Assembly (NCBI GenBank): GCA_964591295.1
Contig: CAZQAG010000005.1
Location: 8,400 to 72,399 of the forward strand
Length of the DNA stretch: 64,000 nucleotides
Direction: 5' to 3'
DNA from: an uncultured Gaiellales bacterium
Lineage (GTDB): Bacteria; Actinomycetota; Thermoleophilia; Gaiellales; Gaiellaceae
Shown here: positions 57,692 to 64,000 of the stretch, in pieces
Layout of the letters: the number at the start of each line of letters is the position of its first letter
Numbering within the stretch: the stretch's first letter is position 1
Program-made: the position numbers and the translations under genes
Notes under the pieces: model-generated
What the model was told of the DNA's origin: nothing
Database searches by the model: none
What the model saw: the letters and a program-made list of their open reading frames with translations, nothing else

Positions 57692-59599
57692 GTGGCATCC
57701 AGGTCGGCAGCAGCGGCTGGGGCGGCGCGACTCGATCTCGGTCGGGTGGTTCTCGGGGTCGCCGTCGGGCTTGGCCTTGCCGTAATCGCCTTCGACAGCG
57801 GGGGCTACTTCCCGACCGCCTGGAGCTGGGGCGCGCTCGTCGCGCTGACGGTGGTCGCGGCGGTGCTCGTGCTCGGCGAGCCCGTTCGCCCATCCTGGTT
57901 TTCGCTCGCCTCGCTCGGCGGGCTCGCCGGCTTTGTCGCCTGGACCTGGCTTGCGCTGCTCTGGAGCGACGACCGGGCCGCGACGGTGCTCGAAGGGCAG
58001 CGCGCGCTGCTCTACCTGTCCGTCCTCGCCGCTTTCCTGCTCCTCGTGCGGCGCTCGACGGTGCCGCTCGTGCTCGCGGCTACGCTCGTCGCCACCTTCC
58101 TCGTCTCGGGGTACGGCCTGCTCACGCGGCTCTTCCCCGAGCGGCTCGGCGTCTTCGACCCGATCGCTGCGTACCGGCTCGAGGAGCCGCTCACCTACTG
58201 GAACGCGCTCGGGGTCTTCGCCGCGATGGGCGCGCTGCTGGCGCTCGGGTTCGCCGCTCGAGGGCATGGCCTCGTCGGCAGAGCGTTTGCCGGCGCAACG
58301 CTGCCCGTGTTCTTCGCGACGATCTACTTCACGTTCAGCCGCGGCTCGTGGGTCGCGGCTGCGATCGCGGTTGCAATCGCGGTCGCCGTCGACCCGCGCA
58401 GGCTGCAGCTGCTGCTCGCGGCTCTTGCGCTTGCCCCGGCGCCCGCGCTGGCCGTAATCCTCTCGTCGAACCAGAAGGCGCTGACGCGAACCGACTTGGA
58501 TGAAGCGGCGGCTTCGCAGGCGGGGCACCGCCTGGCGGTCTACCTGCTCCTCCTGGTCGCAGTGTCGGCGCTCGTTGCCCTCGGCCTCGCGCTCGCCGAG
58601 CGGCGTGTCGTGCCCGCGCGCCAGGTGCGGCTCGCCTTCGCCGGCGCGCTCGTTCTCGTCACCGTCGCGTCGCTCCTCACGGTCTTCGTCCGCTACGGCG
58701 GGCCGGTCACGCTCACGAGGAAGGGGTACGACGCGTTCACGACCACCTCGGGAGGAACGCCGGTAAACCTCAACGAGCGCCTCTTCAGTTTCTCGGGGAG
58801 CTACCGGTCCGAGCTGTGGCACGTGGCCTGGGACGACTACCGCGACAACCCCGTGCTCGGGTCGGGGCCTGGGACCTACGAGCAGTACTGGGACGAGCAC
58901 CGGCCGCTTGAGCACAAGGTCCGGGACGCCCACAACCTCTACGTCGAGGTTCTGGCCGAGCTCGGCCCGATGGGTCTGCTTCTACTGCTGCTCGCCCTGG
59001 GCACACCTCTCGTCGCGGGAGTCCTCGCCCGCGGCCACCCGCTGGCACCGCTCGCCCTTGCTGCGTATGCGGCGGTCCTCGTTCACGCTGCTGTCGACTG
59101 GGACTGGGAGATGCCCGGGATCATGATTGCTGCGCTCGCCTGCGCGGCGGCGCTGCTCGCTGCGGCGGATCGGCGCGATCCGGCTCCTCTGCTCTCGCCG
59201 AAAGTGCGCGCCGCAGCAGTCGTCGTCGCCCTCGCGCTCGCTGGAGTCGCGTTCGTCGGCGTGATCGGCGCGAGCGCCCTTGCCGCGAGCGAGACGGCTC
59301 TTGCGAAGGGTCGCTACGACGAGGCCGGCTCACAGGCGCGCAAGGCTGCCCGCTGGTGGCGCTGGTCGCCCGACCCGTGGCGCGTGCTCGCTGATGTCCA
59401 GGCCGCCCAGGGAGATGACGATGCGGCTCGCGCGAGCTACCGGAAGGCGATCTCCAGGGACCGACGCGACTGGAAGCTCTGGTACGACCTCTACACGGTG
59501 AGCACCGGCGCCGAGGCGCAGCGCGCGCTTGCTGAGGCACGGCGGCTGAACCGTTATGCCAGCGCGGATTTCGAGGAGACCGGCAATGCTTCGGGTTGA
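57692..59599 (+). CDS. O-antigen ligase-like (Wzy_C) polytopic membrane protein with C-terminal TPR domain (paralog 2)
   Basis: 635 aa with the same architecture as 50625..52598 (GSGPGTYEQYW...RDAHNLYVEVLAELG). The TPR-like tail reads WRVLADVQAAQGDDDAARASYRKAISRDRRDWKLWYDL. GTG start. Confidence 0.8.
   Translation: MASRSAAAAGAARLDLGRVVLGVAVGLGLAVIAFDSGGYFPTAWSWGALVALTVVAAVLVLGEPVRPSWFSLASLGGLAGFVAWTWLALLWSDDRAATVLEGQRALLYLSVLAAFLLLVRRSTVPLVLAATLVATFLVSGYGLLTRLFPERLGVFDPIAAYRLEEPLTYWNALGVFAAMGALLALGFAARGHGLVGRAFAGATLPVFFATIYFTFSRGSWVAAAIAVAIAVAVDPRRLQLLLAALALAPAPALAVILSSNQKALTRTDLDEAAASQAGHRLAVYLLLLVAVSALVALGLALAERRVVPARQVRLAFAGALVLVTVASLLTVFVRYGGPVTLTRKGYDAFTTTSGGTPVNLNERLFSFSGSYRSELWHVAWDDYRDNPVLGSGPGTYEQYWDEHRPLEHKVRDAHNLYVEVLAELGPMGLLLLLLALGTPLVAGVLARGHPLAPLALAAYAAVLVHAAVDWDWEMPGIMIAALACAAALLAAADRRDPAPLLSPKVRAAAVVVALALAGVAFVGVIGASALAASETALAKGRYDEAGSQARKAARWWRWSPDPWRVLADVQAAQGDDDAARASYRKAISRDRRDWKLWYDLYTVSTGAEAQRALAEARRLNRYASADFEETGNASG
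58105..58254. repeat. 150-nt tract 100% identical to 54167..54316
   Basis: See the partner repeat at 54167..54316. Confidence 0.8.
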
Positions 59600-60095
59600 C
59601 CCGCTCGCAAACCCGGAGCCTCTCATCCGGCGGGTGTACTCGTACGTCGCGTATCGCGTCGGAGATGGGCCGGACGCGGAGGACATCACGAGCGAGACGT
59701 TCGAGCGGGCACTTCGCTACAAGAAGAGCTACGACTCTACCAAGGGCGAGCCGGTTGCGTGGCTGATCGGCATCGCGCGGCGCTGCATCGAAGGACGCCC
59801 CCTGTCGCACGAGCTTTCCTCCGAGCATCTGGAGAGGGCCGATCACCGCGATCTAGAGGACGAATCTCTCCGGAGGATCGCCCTCTCGAGCGCCGTTGGA
59901 CTCCTGGAGGAACGCGATCGAGACCTGATCGCCCTTCGTTACGGCGCCGATCTGACCGCGCGCCAGATCGCGGAACTGCAGGGAGCCAAGACGAACGCGA
60001 TCGAGGTCGCGCTCCACCGCGCCCTTGGCCGGTTGCGATCACACATCGAAGGAAGCGCCTCGGCCCCTGTAAGGAAATCCGAAGCAGGCCGGTAA
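59586..60095 (+). CDS. ECF-type sigma-70 family sigma factor (paralog 2)
   Basis: RVYSYVAYRVGDGPDAEDITSETFERA...GEPVAWLIGIARR and LIALRYGADLTARQIAELQGAKTNAIEVALHRALGRLR are present. The ATG at 59586 is preceded by GAGGAG and overlaps the ligase-like stop by 14 nt. The tracked ORF starts at 59556. Confidence 0.85.
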   Translation: MLRVDPLANPEPLIRRVYSYVAYRVGDGPDAEDITSETFERALRYKKSYDSTKGEPVAWLIGIARRCIEGRPLSHELSSEHLERADHRDLEDESLRRIALSSAVGLLEERDRDLIALRYGADLTARQIAELQGAKTNAIEVALHRALGRLRSHIEGSASAPVRKSEAGR

Positions 60096-60131
60096 TAGAG
60101 GTGCAAGGACGAATCTAAGGGGGAGCAAGTC

Positions 60132-60557
60132 ATGCGATCTTGGCGAAGGAATCGGGAGACGGGCCTCGAGGCCGAGCTCAGGGCTAGCCGCCCAGAGCCA
60201 AGCCGCGAGCTCGTCCATCAGCTTGAAGCGCGTGTCCGGCAGGACGGACGTACGCGGCGAGGGTCGTTCCGCGTCGCGTTCGTCGCCTCAACCGCCGTCG
60301 GCATGCTTCTCGCGCTGTCTTCGGTCGGCGGGCTCGGCTACGCCGCGACGGGAGCAAGCCAGGCTGTGTCGAAGGCGAAGCGCATCGTGCAAAAGCACGG
60401 CGTCACCCAGGTCCGCAAGTCTGCTTCGCGCGCTCAGTACAAGCCCAAGGCGAAGAAGTGCCCGAAGGGCACGAAGCGCGTCAAGGGCACGAACAGGTGC
60501 AAGAAGGTCAAGAGGGCCCGGGGCGTTCGCTTGGGCAGGCCTCCTTTCACCGGCTAG
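60132..60557 (+). CDS. Single-pass membrane protein downstream of ECF sigma (candidate anti-sigma, paralog 2), Lys-rich tail with two Cys
   Basis: The ATG is preceded by GGGGGAG. LEAELRASRPEPSRELVHQLEARV is followed by a TM segment (VAFVASTAVGMLLALSSVGGLGY). The tail reads KPKAKKCPKGTKRVKGTNRCKKVKRARG. Confidence 0.55.
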   Translation: MRSWRRNRETGLEAELRASRPEPSRELVHQLEARVRQDGRTRRGSFRVAFVASTAVGMLLALSSVGGLGYAATGASQAVSKAKRIVQKHGVTQVRKSASRAQYKPKAKKCPKGTKRVKGTNRCKKVKRARGVRLGRPPFTG

Positions 60558-60576
60558 GCCGAACATTCAGGAATCG

Positions 60577-60605
60577 ACGGGGCGGCCTAGTTAGTGCCGC
60601 CCCGT
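60577..60605 (+). terminator. Hairpin ACGGGGCGGC-(9 nt)-GCCGCCCCGT followed by a T-rich run (TTTCATCTTT)
   Basis: Read directly from the sequence, 20 nt after the stop at 60557. Confidence 0.6.
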
Positions 60606-60633
60606 TTCATCTTTGGGCACAATTAGGGGGGTC

Positions 60634-61695
60634 ATGAGCAGACGGTTCCAGTGGACGACAACGGCGATCGCGTCGCTTGCGGCGCTCGTCCTCGTCGTCG
60701 CGGCAAGCGCCGGGACGGCCCGCGGCCCGAAGCTCTCGCTCGCGTGGCAGGCGCCGACGCCCCCCGACGGAACCGCGTTCACCGTCACCGCGGATCAGCC
60801 CTTCACACTCGAGCTGGCTGCGGCGAGCAACCGGCCTCAGCTGGTGCTGATCGGCAAGCGCAAGCTTCCGGCAGGCGCGGCTTTCACAGCGGGGTATGGG
60901 TCGCCGGGTGTCGCGACGGTTGCCTGGACCCCGACGGCGCAGCAGGTGGGAGAGCACGTGATGACCTTCGGGGCCAGAACCCATGACCTGCCGTATGTGT
61001 ACGCGCGCCCGCGGAGCTTTCTCGTCTACGTCTTGCCCTCGACCCCGAGCGGCCCCAACGAGCCCTTCTCGCTTGGCGGGCCGAACGGAATGTCCCGGTG
61101 GGCTCACATCGACCGCAAGGTGGCCGCCCGAACCAGGCCGAGCGCGAGCGCCAAGGTGATCACGCGCCTTCGGCCGCTCACTCCCGAGCTGACGGCCAAC
61201 CTCACGGTCACGCTCGACGGGCAGATCAACGAGCAGGGCGAGTACTGGGTTCGGGTCCGCCTCCCGATCCTGCCGAACGGCTCGACGGGATGGGTGCCGA
61301 GGAACGCTCTCGGTCCGTTCCGCAAGAACTGGACGCGGCTCGTGATCGACCGCGCGCTCTTCACTGCCACGCTCTACCGGCGTGGCGTCCCGGTCTTCAG
61401 GACGCGGGTCGGCGTCGGCAAGTCGTACTGGCCGACGCCTGCCGGCGAGTTCTACGTGCGTAACCGGCTCACGGGCTTCTCGGACCAGATCTACGGGCCG
61501 ATCGCATTCGGGACGAACGCGCGCTCGGCGGTTCTCACGGACTGGCCCGGCGGGGGCTTCATCGGGATCCACGGCACGAACCAGCCTCAGATCCTGCCCG
61601 GCCAGGTCTCACACGGCTGCGTTCGGATGCCGAACGGCTCTATCAGGCGCCTTTCCCGGCTGATGCCGCTCGGGACGCCGGTCACGATCACTTAA
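60634..61695 (+). CDS. Secreted L,D-transpeptidase (YkuD domain) with N-terminal Ig-like domain
   Basis: A signal peptide (AIASLAALVLVVAASAG) and an Ig-like segment (FTVTADQPFTLELAA...VAWTPTAQQVGEHVMTF) are present. The YkuD catalytic motif is GIHGTNQPQILPGQVSHGCVRM. ATG at 60634 after an AGGGGGG SD. Confidence 0.85.
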   Translation: MSRRFQWTTTAIASLAALVLVVAASAGTARGPKLSLAWQAPTPPDGTAFTVTADQPFTLELAAASNRPQLVLIGKRKLPAGAAFTAGYGSPGVATVAWTPTAQQVGEHVMTFGARTHDLPYVYARPRSFLVYVLPSTPSGPNEPFSLGGPNGMSRWAHIDRKVAARTRPSASAKVITRLRPLTPELTANLTVTLDGQINEQGEYWVRVRLPILPNGSTGWVPRNALGPFRKNWTRLVIDRALFTATLYRRGVPVFRTRVGVGKSYWPTPAGEFYVRNRLTGFSDQIYGPIAFGTNARSAVLTDWPGGGFIGIHGTNQPQILPGQVSHGCVRMPNGSIRRLSRLMPLGTPVTIT

Positions 61696-61731
61696 GAAAA
61701 CCTTCAGCAGGTTTCCGAGGGTGACGCTAGA

Positions 61732-62865
61732 ATGGTTTCCGGGCTTCGGCCTCGGGGCATAAGAACAATGATCTCCTGGGTAGGCACATTGCGGCGCGTT
61801 TCCGTCGTTGTCATTACAGCGGCCGCCGTTGGCGTGCTCGCGCCAGCAGCTGCCATTCCGTCGCAGAAGGACATCGTGGCCTCGTGGGCCGCACCGACGC
61901 CGCCGGAGGGCGCTGTCATCGGTGTCGCGGCGAAGACGCAGGTCTCGGTCTCGCTCGCCGCGAGCACGGCGGCTCCGAACGGCATCATCCGGATCAGGAG
62001 CAGTGCCATGCCGGCGGGAGCGGTCCTGCACAAGAAGGACGGCAACCCGGCCAAGGCGGCGCTCGTCTGGACTCCCTCGAAGGCGCAGGTCGGCGACCAC
62101 AAGGTGACGTTCACTGCTGCGAGCGACGTGCCGGTCGGCGAGACTCAGCGGACGATCATGATCCGCGTCGGCCCAGCGAACGGGCCCCCGCCGGGCCCGA
62201 GCGCCTCTCCGCCGGGCGTCTACCCAAAGCGCGCGGTGCTCAGCGACAAGGCGAAAGAGACCTACCGGTGGGCGTTCGTGCGGCGCCGCACCGTCGCCCG
62301 CACCGGCCCTTCGAAAGCCGCGCGAGCGGTTTCTCGCATCACGTACCGAACGCCGGAGTACTACCGAAACGCGATTCAGGTCCTGGACAGCGTCAAGTAC
62401 CGGAACGGAAAGACGTGGGTCCGCATCAGGCTGGCGGTTCTCCCGAACGGCTCGACCGGTTGGGTGGCCCGCGGCTCCCTCGAAGGCTTCCAGAAGATCC
62501 ACACCCGGCTGACGATCAACCTCGGGAGCATGCGCACGACGCTCTACAAGCGAGGCAGGCCCATCTTCAGCACGAGGGTCGGCGTCGGGCAGTCGCGTTA
62601 CCCGACCCCCCGAGGCGAGTACTACGTCCGCGAGAAGCTCCAGGGCTACTACGCGCCCGCGTACGGCCCGCGCGCCTTCGGGCTGAACGCACGCTCGACG
62701 AAGCTCACCGACTGGCCCGGCGGCGGCTTCATCGGCATCCACGGCACGAACCAGCCGAACCTCATCCCGGGCCGCATCTCCCACGGCTGTGTCCGCGTGA
62801 ACAACTCTGCGGTCATGCGGCTCTTCCGGCTGATGCCGATCGGCACGCCGGTTCAGATCTTTTAG
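61732..62865 (+). CDS. Secreted L,D-transpeptidase (YkuD domain), tandem paralog
   Basis: Same architecture as the upstream paralog. The catalytic motif is GIHGTNQPNLIPGRISHGCVRV. An alternative start lies at 61768. Confidence 0.85.
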   Translation: MVSGLRPRGIRTMISWVGTLRRVSVVVITAAAVGVLAPAAAIPSQKDIVASWAAPTPPEGAVIGVAAKTQVSVSLAASTAAPNGIIRIRSSAMPAGAVLHKKDGNPAKAALVWTPSKAQVGDHKVTFTAASDVPVGETQRTIMIRVGPANGPPPGPSASPPGVYPKRAVLSDKAKETYRWAFVRRRTVARTGPSKAARAVSRITYRTPEYYRNAIQVLDSVKYRNGKTWVRIRLAVLPNGSTGWVARGSLEGFQKIHTRLTINLGSMRTTLYKRGRPIFSTRVGVGQSRYPTPRGEYYVREKLQGYYAPAYGPRAFGLNARSTKLTDWPGGGFIGIHGTNQPNLIPGRISHGCVRVNNSAVMRLFRLMPIGTPVQIF

Positions 62866-63128
62866 TAGGCCGCCAGCTTCCCCTCGCACTCGAGCCGCCA
62901 GAGCTCGACATAACCGCCGATCGGGCGGCCGTCGATGACGATCTGCGGCACCGTCCAGCCTCCGGTGAGATCCAACAGGCGCTGACGGAAATGAGGGTCG
63001 TCGTCGAGATTGATCTCCTCGTAGCGGAGGCCCTTGTCATCGAGGAGCGCCTTCGCGCGGACGCAATACCCACACCAGCGCGTCGTGTACATCGTGATCT
63101 CGGCCATCGGCTCGTCCGTTCCCGACAC
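62862..63128 (-). CDS. Glutaredoxin-family protein
   Basis: ITMYTTRWCGYCVRAKALL..., TVPQIVIDGRPIGGY and a CxxC active site are present. The true start may be the internal MAEITMY. Confidence 0.8.
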   Translation of the reverse strand: MSGTDEPMAEITMYTTRWCGYCVRAKALLDDKGLRYEEINLDDDPHFRQRLLDLTGGWTVPQIVIDGRPIGGYVELWRLECEGKLAAY

Positions 63129-63151
63129 GACCCCTCTCTACACTTGGGCGG

Positions 63152-63889
63152 ATGGCTGGACGCGGCTACAAGACGGAGGCCGTCGTCCTGCGGTCGATTC
63201 GCTTCGGCGAGGCCGACCGCGTGCTCCATCTGTACACGCTCGAGCGAGGACGGGTTGGCGCGGTTGCGAAGGGCATCCGGCGCACCAAGTCGCGCTTCGG
63301 CGCCCGGCTCGAGCCGCTGAGCCACGTCGAGCTGATGCTGCACCAGGGAGGCGGCGAGCTGGCCACGGTCACCGGCGCATCGCTCGTCCGCCCGCATAGC
63401 GCGGCGCGCGAGGATTCGTACAAGCTCTCGGTCGGCCTCGTCGGGCTCGAGGCGATGCTGCGGCTGTTCACGGAGCAAGAGGGAAGCCCGAAGGCATTCG
63501 AGGCACTGACGCGCTTCCTCGACGCGCTCGACGACGTGAAGTCGCGCACCGACGAGGCCGCTCTCGACCCGCTCGTCCTCTCGTTTCAGCTGAAGCTGCT
63601 CTGGCTCTCGGGATACCTCCCGCACCTGACGAGCTGTGCAGAGTGTGGGGCGGAGGGGCCGCTCGTTGGTTACTCCCCGCGCGCGGGCGGCGCGGTGTGC
63701 GATCGGTGCGGCGCGGATTCGCTGCCGCTTTCTGGCGAGGGCATCCACGGGATCGAGGGCTTGCTCGGTGCGCCGCTTGCCGACGCGGAGATCTCGAAGC
63801 GCGCCGCACGCGAGGCCCTGCGCGTGATCACGTCGTCGTACGAGTTCCACGGCGGCTTTCGTCTGCGCACCCTGTCCGCGCGCGCGTAG
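63152..63889 (+). CDS. recO: DNA repair protein RecO
   Basis: YKTEAVVLRSIRFGEADRVLHLYTLERGRVGAVAKGIRRTKSRFGARLEP forms the OB fold. A Cys4 zinc site follows (CAECG...CDRCG). Confidence 0.9.
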   Translation: MAGRGYKTEAVVLRSIRFGEADRVLHLYTLERGRVGAVAKGIRRTKSRFGARLEPLSHVELMLHQGGGELATVTGASLVRPHSAAREDSYKLSVGLVGLEAMLRLFTEQEGSPKAFEALTRFLDALDDVKSRTDEAALDPLVLSFQLKLLWLSGYLPHLTSCAECGAEGPLVGYSPRAGGAVCDRCGADSLPLSGEGIHGIEGLLGAPLADAEISKRAAREALRVITSSYEFHGGFRLRTLSARA

Positions 63890-64000
63890 CCCAATCCAGC
63901 CCCGTCCAGTGTCAGACGCTGGACGTGTCCCGGCCTTCGCGGTGTATTCCGGCGGGTTCCAGCGCTTCTCGAAGGAGGGTCGAGTCCCGATCGGCCATGG

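Noticed and set aside
63890-64000. Possible short - strand ORF starting at 63998 (29 codons) and a small hairpin GTCCAG...CTGGAC after recO.
   Set aside because: The ORF is too short and unsupported. It sits at the window edge, so its context is unknown.

Overview
High-GC bacterial chromosomal segment, about two-thirds G+C or more by eye. The gene order looks like a deep-branching Actinobacteria-type genome.

(1) 1-26.7 kb is a dense block of + strand housekeeping genes, many with overlapping stop/start codons: ruvX, mltG, aroE, aroC, aroK/aroB fusion, aroQ, Xaa-Pro peptidase, efp, an accB-position biotin protein, accC, nusB, ispA-like, tlyA, nadK, recN, steA, a mctB-like gene, a GT2/GT4-like fusion, pyrG, an M20 peptidase, a DUF3866-like gene, an aldo-keto reductase, ald, deoB and a pyrimidine-nucleoside phosphorylase.

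(2) 26.7-28.9 kb is a small, visibly lower-GC, decayed accessory islet. It holds a Doc-type toxin with an unusual upstream ORF, a truncated DDE transposase and two gene remnants.

(3) 28.9-60.6 kb holds fpg followed by a roughly 30 kb Wzy-dependent exopolysaccharide locus. Its genes are:
- a CpsB-type phosphatase
- a Wzz/BY-kinase
- a LuxR response regulator
- a WbaP-type priming transferase
- Wzy and Wzx
- four GT4 glycosyltransferases
- a CE4-like protein
- a FemAB-like acyl/aminoacyl transferase
- acetyl- and methyltransferases
- a DegT aminotransferase

The distal half of the locus is heavily rearranged. A diverged second copy of the acetyltransferase/aminotransferase/ligase-like block has decayed to pseudogenes. 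There are relic fragments of cpsB, a methyltransferase and a ligase-like gene. A three-gene module (Wzy_C/TPR membrane protein, ECF sigma, single-pass membrane protein) occurs twice.

(4) 60.6-64 kb holds two tandem L,D-transpeptidase paralogs, a glutaredoxin and recO.

I found no rRNA, tRNA or CRISPR array.

Most noteworthy observations:
- The accB-position protein carries an OadA/PycB-like carboxyltransferase domain whose metal-site residues all look substituted.
- The ligase-like/ECF sigma/membrane-protein module is repeated.
- The duplication-and-decay structure includes a 150-nt perfectly identical tract.
- A palindrome is conserved and exactly centred in a divergent intergenic region.

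All homology calls come from reading the translations against remembered family motifs. No database search was run.
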